The notes: generated by a model from the sequence alone, not told the origin. 32,000 bases of DNA from Trichlorobacter lovleyi SZ (GCF_000020385.1 NC_010814.1:480001-512000), one strand, 5' to 3'; shown: positions 1-8,712, numbered from the stretch's first letter. Program-made: numbers and translations.

Positions 1-716
1 CCGCGCCAGCCGGTGGTAAGCCGTCCGTGCAGCAGGGCTGCATAGATAAACCAAGTGATCAGCGACCAGCTCTCTTTAGGGTCCCAGGACCAGTAGCTGC
101 CCCAGGCCCGGGAGGCCCAGATGGCACCGGTGATGATGGCAACCGTCAGCATCGGGAAGCCGAAGGCAAGACAGCGGTAACCGATCTCGTCCAGTACATC
201 CAAAGATGGCAGCTTCAGGAAGAGCGGCCCCAGGTGCTTCTTTTTCAGGAAATGGGATTGAATCAGATACAGCAGGGCTACGCCGCCGGAGATAGTAAAG
301 AAGGCGTAGGCACCAAAGGCCAGGATGGTGTGCGAATAGATCCAGAGCGATTGCAGGGCCGGATTCAGCGGCTTGATTGCGGTTGGCGCGATGCCGGCGC
401 CAAGGGTCAGCAACAGGGTGAATGGCACCACAAACGAACCCAGGATCCTGACCTTGTAGCGCTGCTCAAAGAAGAGGTAGACCCCTGCGATTGTGAGTGC
501 AAAGAAGGAGAGTGATTCGTGCATGTTGGTGATCGGCAGGTGCCCGGCAGCGATGAAGCGATGGATAGTGGCCAGGCAGTGGGCCAGAAAACCGGCCAGC
601 AGCACCCTGCTGCCCAGAATGGACTGGCAGGAGGAGTTGCGTAACAGGCAGCTCAGGTAAAGCAGTGTGGCAACTGCATAGAGCGAGAGGGTCAGGTAAA
701 AGGATATCTGGGTCAT
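1..716 (-). CDS. ccsA: Cytochrome c biogenesis heme-handling protein, CcsA/ResC family (3' end of the gene runs off the window; about 238 N-terminal codons present)
   Basis: Absent from the ORF track because it is open to the window edge. My translation from ATG (complement of 714-716) reads MTQISFYLTLSLYAVATLLYLSC... It is a polytopic hydrophobic protein ending in the Trp-rich WWD signature WGSYWSWDPKESWSLITW (about 50-105), typical of CcsA/CcmC/CcmF proteins. Thiol-disulfide oxidoreductase genes are adjacent. Confidence 0.85.
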   Translation of the reverse strand, partial: MTQISFYLTLSLYAVATLLYLSCLLRNSSCQSILGSRVLLAGFLAHCLATIHRFIAAGHLPITNMHESLSFFALTIAGVYLFFEQRYKVRILGSFVVPFTLLLTLGAGIAPTAIKPLNPALQSLWIYSHTILAFGAYAFFTISGGVALLYLIQSHFLKKKHLGPLFLKLPSLDVLDEIGYRCLAFGFPMLTVAIITGAIWASRAWGSYWSWDPKESWSLITWFIYAALLHGRLTTGWR

Positions 717-859
717 TGGATAGGGTCCAGGGGCCAGAGGCCAGTGTTCAGGATAAAAAATAAACCTGCATAGTGATCGGCAAGGGTGTATTGTACGGGT
801 CTGCTATTCCCACCGTCAACAGCTTTTCGTTGGTTGATTCTCTCTGTGGGATTTCCTGC

Positions 860-887
860 TTGCATTTTTTCTGAAACACGGTAGTAT
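860..887 (+). promoter_or_regulatory. Putative sigma70-type promoter of trxA
   Basis: TTGCAT (860-865), 16 nt spacer, TAGTAT (882-887), about 43 nt upstream of the trxA ATG. Pattern match only. Confidence 0.35.
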
Positions 888-929
888 TCAAAAAGTTGAA
901 TACATTACCGAGACTTAAGGAGGCTCTCC

Positions 930-1259
930 ATGGCCAGTGATGCTGTTCTTACCCTGAGCGATGCCAATTTCGACCGTGACGTACTTCAGTCCGACCTGCC
1001 GGTGCTGGTGGACTTCTGGGCTACCTGGTGTGCCCCTTGTAAGGCGATTGCCCCGTTGATTGATGCCGTTGCAGCAGACTATGCCGGTAAGGTAAAGGTT
1101 GGCAAGGTCAACGTTGATGACAACCCGGCCACACCCGGTAAATACGGCGTGCGTGGCATTCCGACCCTGATCCTGTTCAAGGGTGGCAAGGTGGTTGATC
1201 AGGTGGTTGGTGCTGTTCCCAAGTCCCAACTCGATGCCCTGATCGCCAAGGCGCTCTAG
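930..1259 (+). CDS. trxA: Thioredoxin
   Basis: 109 aa. Canonical thioredoxin layout: [14 protein letters not shown] active site, [21 protein letters not shown] at 917-923. Confidence 0.95.
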   Translation: MASDAVLTLSDANFDRDVLQSDLPVLVDFWATWCAPCKAIAPLIDAVAADYAGKVKVGKVNVDDNPATPGKYGVRGIPTLILFKGGKVVDQVVGAVPKSQLDALIAKAL

Positions 1260-1260
1260 G

Positions 1261-1788
1261 ATGCCGTTCGTATCCTTGCAAGGCTGTTTCCGGGCTGTGA
1301 CGCTGATCGTCACAGCCCTTCTGTTAGGCCTCTGTCCTTACAACGCGGAGGCTGCACCACGCCGTGGCCAGCCCGCTCCGCCCTTCAAGACCTTTTCCAT
1401 CAAAGGCCAGCCGGTCTCTACTGAAGGGTTGAAAGGCTCGGTGGTGCTGCTGGATTTCTGGGCTACCTGGTGTCCCCCCTGCCGTGAATCAATCCCGCAT
1501 CTGGCTGAACTGCACCGCAAGTACAGCAAGCAGGGACTGGTCATTATCGGGATGAGTGTGGATGAGGGGGGGGAGCGGACCGTCAAGGAGTACGCGGAAA
1601 ACCATGCCATCCCCTACCAGATCGTGATGGCCAGCGGCAGGATCAGTTCCGACTATGGGGTGCGGGCACTGCCGGTGCTGTACGTGATTGACAAAAACGG
1701 CCTGGTGCGCGAGCAGATCATGGGCTTTTCTGATCAGGCCGGCAAGGTGATCGAAAACCTGGTTAAAAAACTGTTGAACGAAAAGTAG
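1261..1788 (+). CDS. Periplasmic thiol:disulfide oxidoreductase, TlpA/ResA family
   Basis: 175 aa. N-terminal signal/anchor, VLLDFWATWCPPCRESIPHL thioredoxin-fold CxxC motif. Start is 1 nt after the trxA stop, next to ccsA. Confidence 0.9.
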   Translation: MPFVSLQGCFRAVTLIVTALLLGLCPYNAEAAPRRGQPAPPFKTFSIKGQPVSTEGLKGSVVLLDFWATWCPPCRESIPHLAELHRKYSKQGLVIIGMSVDEGGERTVKEYAENHAIPYQIVMASGRISSDYGVRALPVLYVIDKNGLVREQIMGFSDQAGKVIENLVKKLLNEK

Positions 1789-1810
1789 GGCGAGGCAGCA
1801 GGCCTCGCCC
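1788..1810. terminator. Stem-loop between convergent tlpA-like and galU genes (likely bidirectional terminator)
   Basis: GGGCGAGGC (1788-1796) pairs with GCCTCGCCC (1802-1810), 5-nt loop. The minus-strand reading is followed by CTACTTTTCG. Confidence 0.55.
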
Positions 1811-1818
1811 TTATCAGC

Positions 1819-2694
1819 TTACAAACATCCCAGCCGCTGTTTCAGGTAGGCGGTAAAATCCTCCTTGAACTCATCCCGCTTCAGTGCCAGATCCACCGTT
1901 GCCTTCAGGAACCCCAGCTTGTCCCCGCAGTCATGGCGTAACCCTTCAAACAGACAACCATACACCGCCTCGTCCTGAGACAGCCGTTTGATGGCGTCGG
2001 TCAGCTGGATCTCGCCGCCCCGGCCCGGTTGCTGCTGTTCCAGAAGCGGGAAGATGGCCGGGGTCAAGACGTAGCGACCTATGATGGCAAGGTTGGAAGG
2101 GGCCTCCGCCTGTGGCGGTTTTTCCACCATATCGGTCACCTCCATCACATGATCAGTGATCCGGTTGACCGCAACACAGCCGTAGGAGGAGATCTGTTCC
2201 ATCGGCACCTGCTCAAGGGCCAGCACACTGCCTTTATAGTGCTCGTAGACATCCAGCAGCTGCCGCAGGCAGGGGGCGCTGCCAGGGGTGTCGATGATGT
2301 CGTCCCCCAGCAACACGGCAAACGGTTCATTGCCGATAAAGTCGCGGGCACAGAGGATGGCATGCCCCAGCCCCAGGGCCTTTTTCTGGCGCACATAAAA
2401 GATATCAACCAGGTCGGCAATACAGCGTACCGCCTGCAGGGTCTCGTCTTTGCCCTTTTCTTCAAGATGGTTTTCCAGCTCGGGTGAGCTGTCAAAGTGG
2501 TCCTCAATGGAACGCTTGGTGCGGCCGGTCACAAAGATGATCTGCTCAATACCGGCTGCCACCGCCTCTTCAACCACATACTGCACCAGCGGCTTGTCGA
2601 TCAGCGGTAGCATCTCTTTGGGAGATGATTTGGTGGCAGGCAGGAAGCGGGTTCCCAGGCCGGCCACCGGAAAGATCGCCTTGCGGACTTTCAT
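1819..2694 (-). CDS. galU: UTP-glucose-1-phosphate uridylyltransferase
   Basis: 291 aa. N-terminus MKVRKAIFPVAGLGTRFLPATKSSPKEMLPLIDKP is the GalU nucleotide-binding signature. Confidence 0.95.
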   Translation of the reverse strand: MKVRKAIFPVAGLGTRFLPATKSSPKEMLPLIDKPLVQYVVEEAVAAGIEQIIFVTGRTKRSIEDHFDSSPELENHLEEKGKDETLQAVRCIADLVDIFYVRQKKALGLGHAILCARDFIGNEPFAVLLGDDIIDTPGSAPCLRQLLDVYEHYKGSVLALEQVPMEQISSYGCVAVNRITDHVMEVTDMVEKPPQAEAPSNLAIIGRYVLTPAIFPLLEQQQPGRGGEIQLTDAIKRLSQDEAVYGCLFEGLRHDCGDKLGFLKATVDLALKRDEFKEDFTAYLKQRLGCL

Positions 2695-2697
2695 GGA

Positions 2698-3552
2698 TTA
2701 CCTCGTTGCAGCCCGTTGGGCAGATTCAAGCGTATTTTGCAGCAGCATGGCAATGGTCATCGGGCCAACACCGCCCGGTACCGGGGTGATCGCGCTGGCC
2801 CGTTCGGCAGCCGCAGCATACTCCACATCCCCCACCAGTTTTTTCTCACCTACCCGGTTGATGCCGACATCAATCACCACGGCCCCCGGCTTGATCCAGT
2901 CGCCTTTGACCATCTCGGCCTTGCCCACCGCTGCAATGACCACATCCGCCCGGCGGACCACATCTGCCAGATCCTTGGTGCGGGAGTGACAGATGGTGAC
3001 GGTGGCATGACGGGACAGGCACATCAGTGCCACCGGCTTGCCCACGATGTTGGAGCGTCCCACAACGACCACCTCTTTGCCCTTCAGGTCATAGCCGATC
3101 TCATCCAGCATCACCATTACGCCATAGGGGGTGCAGGGCTGGAAGGTCGGTTTGCCGATGGCCAGGCGCCCCACGTTGTAGGGATGGAAGCCGTCAGCAT
3201 CCTTGTCCGGCGAGATCGCCTCCAGCACCTTGTCTGTATCGATATGGTCAGGCAGTGGCAACTGCACCAGAATACCGTGTACCCGGGGATCGGCATTCAG
3301 CTGTCCGATCAGGGTCAGCAGCTCTGCCTCGCTGGTGGAGGCCGGCAGTTCATGGTCAGCCGAGTACATCCCCAGTTCCACACACATTTTTTTCTTCATG
3401 CCGACATAGACCCGGCTGGCCGGATCATCACCCACCAGCACCACTGCCAGACCGGGGGTGATCCCCTGCTGTTTCAGGGTTGAAACCGTGCTGCCGATCC
3501 GTTCACGAACCTTTGCCGCAATCGCCTTACCGTCAATAATCTGTGCTGCCAT
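2698..3552 (-). CDS. folD: Bifunctional methylenetetrahydrofolate dehydrogenase/methenyl-THF cyclohydrolase
   Basis: 284 aa. [12 protein letters not shown]..., [41 protein letters not shown] motifs. Confidence 0.95.
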   Translation of the reverse strand: MAAQIIDGKAIAAKVRERIGSTVSTLKQQGITPGLAVVLVGDDPASRVYVGMKKKMCVELGMYSADHELPASTSEAELLTLIGQLNADPRVHGILVQLPLPDHIDTDKVLEAISPDKDADGFHPYNVGRLAIGKPTFQPCTPYGVMVMLDEIGYDLKGKEVVVVGRSNIVGKPVALMCLSRHATVTICHSRTKDLADVVRRADVVIAAVGKAEMVKGDWIKPGAVVIDVGINRVGEKKLVGDVEYAAAAERASAITPVPGGVGPMTIAMLLQNTLESAQRAATR

Positions 3553-3581
3553 GGCTGCCCTCCAGTGTGATTCCCATTCCA

Positions 3582-3618
3582 GTACAAGCTGTCGGCTGCG
3601 TTGGCCGGCAGCTTGTAC
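3582..3618 (-). promoter_or_regulatory. Long imperfect hairpin in the predicted folD leader
   Basis: Arms 3582-3596 and 3604-3618 give 15 positions with one mismatch (10 perfect outer bp GTACAAGCTG/CAGCTTGTAC) and a 7-nt loop. No U-run on either strand. It lies between the putative folD promoter and the ATG. Confidence 0.4.
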
Positions 3619-3650
3619 GGGAATCAGAACGAGTCTTAAAATATCCCAAC

Positions 3651-3679
3651 ATGATACGTTCAGGCCTGCTGCTTGTAAA
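3651..3679 (-). promoter_or_regulatory. Putative sigma70-type promoter of folD
   Basis: Minus strand: TTTACA (complement of 3674-3679), 17 nt spacer, TATCAT (complement of 3651-3656). Pattern match only. Confidence 0.35.
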
Positions 3680-3700
3680 GCCGGTATACCGGTTTGTGTA

Positions 3701-3738
3701 TAAAAAAATCCCCTGATTGGTGCTCATCAGGGGATTTT
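3701..3738 (-). terminator. Rho-independent terminator of the fmdB-like gene
   Basis: Minus-strand RNA: AAUCCCCUGAU (8-nt loop) AUCAGGGGAUU followed by U7 (complement of 3702-3708). Confidence 0.75.
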
Positions 3739-3780
3739 GCCTGCTGTTCGTTCCGGCACCCGGCCGGAATCCTAGACGCC

Positions 3781-4002
3781 TCAGCCACCGGCTGAGCAGG
3801 CTGCCGGCTTGGGGCCGCCACTTGAGGGGCAGTAGCCGGAGTTAAACCAGCCGTCACCTTTCAGGCTGAAGGCGGTCTGGGAAATCATCTTTTCTACTGC
3901 GCCGCCGCACTTCGGGCATTCAGTGGCAGGGGCATCTGAAAACTTTTGGCGTAATTCAAACTGATTGTCGCAGGACTGACAACGGTATTCGTACATCGGC
4001 AT
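3781..4002 (-). CDS. FmdB-family zinc-ribbon protein (CxxC-CxxC)
   Basis: 73 aa. MPMYEYRCQSCDNQFE...ECPKCGG is the FmdB/CxxC_CxxC_SSSS signature. GGAGG RBS (complement of 4011-4015). Confidence 0.9.
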   Translation of the reverse strand: MPMYEYRCQSCDNQFELRQKFSDAPATECPKCGGAVEKMISQTAFSLKGDGWFNSGYCPSSGGPKPAACSAGG

Positions 4003-4035
4003 GGCAACAGCCTCCTTCTAGTATAGCTTATTTTG

Positions 4036-4065
4036 AATATAGTAGTTCTTCTGGCTATTTGTCAA
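4036..4065 (-). promoter_or_regulatory. Putative sigma70-type promoter of the fmdB-like gene
   Basis: Minus strand: TTGACA (complement of 4060-4065, inside the end of the smr-domain gene), 18 nt spacer, TATATT (complement of 4036-4041). Confidence 0.4.
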
Positions 4066-4777
4066 GGGGGCGCAGAAAGATAACAAAGGCGCCACTGCCC
4101 CCCATTTCTGCCGGGGCCGGGGCATATTCGGTAATCAGCTCACGCCCCTGATCTCGTAACCAGGCGGCAACGACCTGCTGCAGTACCGGGCCTTCGAGAG
4201 AATGATTTCCTTTGCCGGTGATCACCAGCACCCCTTTTTCGCCGGCATTGCGGGCTGCCTGCAGAAACGGTCCCAACGATGCAACCGCCTCTTCACGGGT
4301 CAGACCGTGCAGGTCCAGCTGGCGGTCCAGCTGGATGATACCCCGCTTGAGCTGGCGCAGCCGGTTGCCGGTCAGGGGACGCAACTCCTCTTCTTCAGGC
4401 AGCTGGTCTTTAAAGCGGACATCGAGCTGCAGTTTCTCCACCTCCTGCAGGAAGGCCTTGCGGGCCGCAGCCTCTTCCCGGGGCAGCGGCTTTGCGACAG
4501 ATCTTGCCGGGGCTTTGGGGGGAGCGCCCCTCTTGCCGGGGCTGACAGGCGCCGGGGTGCTGGTCCGGCTGTCCTCATCATCCAGCCGGCGTACCCCGGA
4601 CATGGCCTGCCGGAACAGCTCGTCACCCGCCGGTTCAGCTTTTGGCGCTACCGCCTTTTTGACCGGCTCAGGAGGAGGCGCCGTTTCAACGGCGATCCCT
4701 TTCAGGGCAGCAAAGGGGGTGTGCCGGAAAGGGGGCGGTGTAGTCGGCTTTTGCTCTTTCTGTTTTCTAGGTGCCAT
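4055..4777 (-). CDS. Smr (MutS2 C-terminal-like) domain protein
   Basis: 240 aa. Pro/Ala-rich N-terminal half. C-terminal LDLHGLTREEAVASLGPFLQAARNAGEKGVLVITGKGNHS...GGSGAFVIFL matches the Smr nuclease domain pattern. Confidence 0.9.
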   Translation of the reverse strand: MAPRKQKEQKPTTPPPFRHTPFAALKGIAVETAPPPEPVKKAVAPKAEPAGDELFRQAMSGVRRLDDEDSRTSTPAPVSPGKRGAPPKAPARSVAKPLPREEAAARKAFLQEVEKLQLDVRFKDQLPEEEELRPLTGNRLRQLKRGIIQLDRQLDLHGLTREEAVASLGPFLQAARNAGEKGVLVITGKGNHSLEGPVLQQVVAAWLRDQGRELITEYAPAPAEMGGSGAFVIFLRPLDK

Positions 4778-4787
4778 CGTGCATTCC

Positions 4788-6005
4788 TCAGTGATAGATC
4801 AGATATGGGACCAGGACGGCTGCCAGCACCACTACGGAAGGAACCATCAGCCGGTGGTAGACCAGGGTGGTGTCCGCCTCAAAATACTCGCGGGTCAGTA
4901 CAAGACAGAGATGGACCGGCGAGAGCATCACCCCGGCAAAACCGCTGGCAAAGGCCAACGCCTCCAGCCAGAGATTGGGCTGGCCGCTCCCCATCAGTGG
5001 TAACAACAGCGGAAAGGTAATCCCGACATAGCCGACCGTCAGGCCGGTCATCACTCCGGCAATGAACGGAATCAACGCCACCAGCAACGGTATCGGCAGC
5101 TGCGAGGTGACAAAGAAGCCTGAAATACCCGCCAGAGCACCGGTGGCACGCAGCACCTCCTGGAAGACCATAATACCGGCCACCAGGAGCAGGGCCCTGA
5201 TTGAAAGGCTCTCGTGCAACGTCTTCAGTATCTGCGGCGGACTGTAACGATGGGCCGCAAACAGGACCGCCACACCGCCGGAGAGCGCCAGCACGGCGCT
5301 GATCTTAAAGAACACCACCAGTGCCAGTGAGATCAGGATCGGGGCGGACATCAGCAAAAACGTGCCGAACTGGGCCGCCCGGTCATTCTGCCGCTGATCT
5401 GCTGCGGAGGGGCTGGAGTCAATCCCCCTGAAACAGAACCAGGCTCCGGCAAGGATCACCGTCAGGGCAAAGGGCAGGTGAGCCAGAAAGAGCTGTCGGG
5501 TTGAGAGCCCGCTCAGGCCGGCAGCCAGGATGATGCCGGGATAAAGTGGTGAGACATACTCCCAGATATGGCGGTACCAGTAGTTGATGAATGCCTTCTG
5601 TTCCGGGCTTGCCGCTATCCCTTTGGCAGCCTCGGCCACCATCGGGGCTGAAAAGACCGCCCCGCCGGGGGAGGGAAGCATGCCGATCATGGCAGGCAGG
5701 GCAGCCATCACCATCCTGCGATCCGGCAGTGCTGCCGAGAGGGAGCTGACCATGCGCTTCAGCATGCCGGTGGTACGCAACAGATTTTCCATCACCATGG
5801 TCAGGGCCAGGGTAGCGGTCATTTCCAGTGATTTGGGGGATGCCAGGCCCAGCCAGACTGCCCGGCCCAGATCCGGTAGGGGCAGCAGGTACAGCAGTGC
5901 CAGCAGTGCGGCGCCGATCGGCATTACAGCGGCCATGGAGACCTTGCGCCGCAGCAGCCAGATGATGAAGACCAGCACCAGGCCGGTCAAAAACAGGTGG
6001 CGCAT
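4788..6005 (-). CDS. Polytopic inner-membrane protein, putative transporter (DUF401-like; family call tentative)
   Basis: 405 aa, about 10-12 hydrophobic segments, no soluble domain. The family assignment is from memory of DUF401/TIGR00529-type proteins and is unverified. Confidence 0.7.
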   Translation of the reverse strand: MRHLFLTGLVLVFIIWLLRRKVSMAAVMPIGAALLALLYLLPLPDLGRAVWLGLASPKSLEMTATLALTMVMENLLRTTGMLKRMVSSLSAALPDRRMVMAALPAMIGMLPSPGGAVFSAPMVAEAAKGIAASPEQKAFINYWYRHIWEYVSPLYPGIILAAGLSGLSTRQLFLAHLPFALTVILAGAWFCFRGIDSSPSAADQRQNDRAAQFGTFLLMSAPILISLALVVFFKISAVLALSGGVAVLFAAHRYSPPQILKTLHESLSIRALLLVAGIMVFQEVLRATGALAGISGFFVTSQLPIPLLVALIPFIAGVMTGLTVGYVGITFPLLLPLMGSGQPNLWLEALAFASGFAGVMLSPVHLCLVLTREYFEADTTLVYHRLMVPSVVVLAAVLVPYLIYH

Positions 6006-6011
6006 GGCCGC

Positions 6012-6401
6012 TCAGTTTCCCTGAACTGCCTTCTTGCTCAAGGAGCTGAAGATCATGTCCAGCACCGCCTTCTGGCGTACTTCATGTTTGTTGAGAACGG
6101 CAAGGCAACTGCCCATGGGGCACTGCTCATGCAGAAAGTCGGCATCCCGGCTGGAGAGGATCACAATCCTGTTTTTTTCGATGCCGGACTGCACGGCAAA
6201 ATTCATCAGTTTACGTCCATCAAGGGTGGGCATTTCAAAGTCAATCAGGATCAGGTCATAGGGGGCGCGGCGGATGGCGGTCAGCGCTTCAAGGGGGTTG
6301 TTGCAGACATCCACCGAGAGCAGGGGGTACTGTTCGGCAATATACTCTCCCAACAGGCGGGTAAAGGCTGGATCATCATCTATCAACAGAATTTTTCCCA
6401 T
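6012..6401 (-). CDS. Single-domain response regulator (CheY-like receiver)
   Basis: 129 aa. ILLIDDDP acidic pocket, DLILIDFEMPTLDG phospho-acceptor region, IVILSS, conserved Lys region. No output domain. Confidence 0.9.
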   Translation of the reverse strand: MGKILLIDDDPAFTRLLGEYIAEQYPLLSVDVCNNPLEALTAIRRAPYDLILIDFEMPTLDGRKLMNFAVQSGIEKNRIVILSSRDADFLHEQCPMGSCLAVLNKHEVRQKAVLDMIFSSLSKKAVQGN

Positions 6402-6416
6402 TGCGTCCTCAGTATG

Positions 6417-6872
6417 TCAGAACAGGTAGGGAGAGTGATTCGTGAACTGCTCCCGCTGCCTCCGGATAACCCAGCTGATCCAGAGTATGATCCCGACCGT
6501 GCAGAGATTGCTGAACAGCATGCCGCCTGGATCAATCGTCCGCTCAAGTATCCGCTCCAGTTCCTTGCGGGGCACCAGCCAGAGATTGACCAGGGTGTTC
6601 AGCACTTCATAACTGTTGTAGCTCAGCAGCAGATACCAGGTCAGGCGCTGCCGTTTCAACAGTCCGAGAAACAGATGCAGGCAGACCAGGCTGTCCAGCC
6701 CGATAAAGATCTGGGCTGCTCTCCCCTCCAGAATGCGTCCGAAAAACGGCACCGGCTGGCCATAGCTCATTACCGTCATGACCAGCAGGAAGAGGTACAG
6801 ACCGGTCAGCATGATCATGGCCTGGGAACGTGGTTGTGCCTCTTCGGTATCCTCCGGCAGATCCTCGATCAT
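6417..6872 (-). CDS. Small integral membrane protein, unknown function
   Basis: About 4 predicted TM segments. The frame is open up to a GTG at 6977, but that 35-aa extension is Arg-rich and overlaps the upstream gene. The first ATG is at 6872 (MIEDLPEDTEE...). The start is uncertain. Confidence 0.6.
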   Translation of the reverse strand: MIEDLPEDTEEAQPRSQAMIMLTGLYLFLLVMTVMSYGQPVPFFGRILEGRAAQIFIGLDSLVCLHLFLGLLKRQRLTWYLLLSYNSYEVLNTLVNLWLVPRKELERILERTIDPGGMLFSNLCTVGIILWISWVIRRQREQFTNHSPYLF

Positions 6873-6970
6873 GACTTCTTTTTTCGCATATCGCTGATCC
6901 CGACGCAAAAGGCGATCACCAGCAGGATAAAACCGATAAACAGCCAGTCGGCGGTGCTGAAGCCGAACAT

Positions 6971-7867
6971 CTAGCACCGTCCTTTCAAGGCATCAGCCTT
7001 GTCGGTCATGTTGACCGCCCGATAGCACTGCTCGAGAAAGCGGTAGACGCCAGCCATCGGGAACTGGGCGCAGAAGACCGTGTCCAGCAGTACATCCTCC
7101 ACAATGGCCGCCGCCTCATAGAACTGGTCATCCTGGTGCTGCTCAAAGGCAACCGAGAGGGCGGTCAGGTAGTCCACCGCCGGCACCTTGGGCAGTTCAC
7201 CACGCTGAATAGCGGCAATACGGGCTTCAAGACTAAGGCGCTCGCCAGCCTGCAGCCGCTCAACCAGCGGTTGCCACAAGGCCAGTGCCTGGTCATAGTG
7301 GCCCAGCACATAGTGGGTTTCTCCCAGCTGGTAGCAGGTATGCAGGTCATCCGGGGCCAGTTCAACCGAACGGCTCAGGTATTTTTCTGCACCGTACCAG
7401 GACTGCACCGCCAGGTGGGCAGCCTCCATCCGGCTTCCTTTTTCCATCAGGGTCCGGCCGATCTCCCGCCACAGGCCGGCATTATCCTGCTCCAGCAGGG
7501 CCATGATCTTCAGCAGGTTGACCTTGCGATCCAGGTAAGGGGAGTCAACCTCTTTTGCATCCAGCATGATCGCCTCGCCACCGATCTCGGCAATGATGTG
7601 GGGGTAACCTGTCTGCAACACCCGCGCATAATCAACTGCGTAGGTGCAGTCCGGGTTCTGGCGCAGGGCAAAGAACATTCCCTGGCCAACCTGATCGTAA
7701 TCGGGAGCGCCATGTTCAAGGGCGGCACGGTAGCTCTCTTCCACCAGCGGTATCGGAAATTCCCACGGGATGTTGACCCGGCCATCACGACCGGTGATGT
7801 GGAAATCTACAGGAGGTTGAAAGTAGCTGATCCCGTCCAGCGGGGTTGGTGCAATGCAGTTCTGCAT
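6971..7867 (-). CDS. Hypothetical protein with a TPR-like helical repeat region
   Basis: 298 aa. The segment AVQSWYGAEKYLSRSVELAPDDLHTCYQLGETHYVLGHYDQALALWQ looks TPR-like. Its start overlaps the upstream stop by 1 nt (TAATG). Confidence 0.75.
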   Translation of the reverse strand: MQNCIAPTPLDGISYFQPPVDFHITGRDGRVNIPWEFPIPLVEESYRAALEHGAPDYDQVGQGMFFALRQNPDCTYAVDYARVLQTGYPHIIAEIGGEAIMLDAKEVDSPYLDRKVNLLKIMALLEQDNAGLWREIGRTLMEKGSRMEAAHLAVQSWYGAEKYLSRSVELAPDDLHTCYQLGETHYVLGHYDQALALWQPLVERLQAGERLSLEARIAAIQRGELPKVPAVDYLTALSVAFEQHQDDQFYEAAAIVEDVLLDTVFCAQFPMAGVYRFLEQCYRAVNMTDKADALKGRC

Positions 7868-8712
7868 TAGTGATGCTCCTCAGACTGGCGGCCCGGGAAG
7901 GTGTTCAACCCGGCATCAACGCCGATCATTTTGTAGATACGTATTTCATCCCAGGGTTCATCCAGGATTCCGTCATGGATGGCCCAACTGCGGCCCCGTA
8001 CGGTCAGCTCCATCCCCGGCATCCTGAACGGGCTGGAACCGTCCAGCCGACGGTGCAGCCTGCCACCGGGCTGGAACTCACGGTCAATCTCCAGCATCAA
8101 GCGCTTGCCGGTCAGGTAGTCAAAGCCGTAACGTTCATAACGGATGGCGTTGTCGTAGGAGAGCGGCTCGGCAACGATCATCTCCATCCCCAGGCGGTCG
8201 GTGAACCGTTCGGCCAAAGCGAAAAACTCGCCGAACATCCGCAGTCCCCGTCTGGTCTGGTGCGGAAACAGTCCGGCCTGCATGGCCCGTAGTTCCTCCG
8301 GCAGGTTCCTGCCGTTGGAAGAGAAGTAGTTTACCGCCCCGGCTTCGTTTACGTCAACCGCAAAGCGCGGAGCTGACGGATCGCAGATGATGCAGAAAGC
8401 CAGCTCCATCTGGTGAAATTGCGTATCACTCAGTTCAGCAAAAAAAACGACGTCAGTATCTTCCGGCCGGGCGCGCACCTCAATCCTGGCAAAACTCAGT
8501 CCGTCCGGGGCGATTATCTCTACCAGCCGCTCTTCTGCCGGAGTGCAGAGCGTGCCGGGGTCAAGCTGCAGAAGTTGCAAGAGGCGCCCTGGCAACAGAC
8601 CGGCATAGATCGCTTCTTTTTCCGGTGTATCCAGCCGGTTGATGGCCGCCAGTGAGGTCAGCGCGTGGCCATGCCGGCCAAGCATCGGGCTGTTTCCCGG
8701 CAGCTTCGGCAT
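7867..8712 (-). CDS. Conserved-looking hypothetical protein, no recognised family (see findings)
   Basis: 281 aa soluble protein. Its start overlaps the deacetylase stop by 1 nt (TGATG). Codon usage resembles that of its neighbours. Confidence 0.75.
   Translation of the reverse strand: MPKLPGNSPMLGRHGHALTSLAAINRLDTPEKEAIYAGLLPGRLLQLLQLDPGTLCTPAEERLVEIIAPDGLSFARIEVRARPEDTDVVFFAELSDTQFHQMELAFCIICDPSAPRFAVDVNEAGAVNYFSSNGRNLPEELRAMQAGLFPHQTRRGLRMFGEFFALAERFTDRLGMEMIVAEPLSYDNAIRYERYGFDYLTGKRLMLEIDREFQPGGRLHRRLDGSSPFRMPGMELTVRGRSWAIHDGILDEPWDEIRIYKMIGVDAGLNTFPGRQSEEHH

Noticed and set aside
27-515. 162-aa plus-strand ORF at the left edge
   Set aside because: It is antisense to a clear CcsA-family gene. 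The translation is Gly/Pro/Gln-rich low complexity with no motif. This is a typical shadow ORF in GC-rich DNA.
5997-6974. 325-aa plus-strand ORF
   Set aside because: It lies entirely antisense to the receiver-domain and small membrane protein genes. It has no recognisable domain or RBS and is a shadow ORF. The same reasoning applies to 2716-3483, 4202-5020, 7136-7870, 8652-9296, 10951-11733, 12227-12874, 13284-14180, 18244-18810, 20745-21209, 23214-23732, 25992-26876 and 29720-30292.
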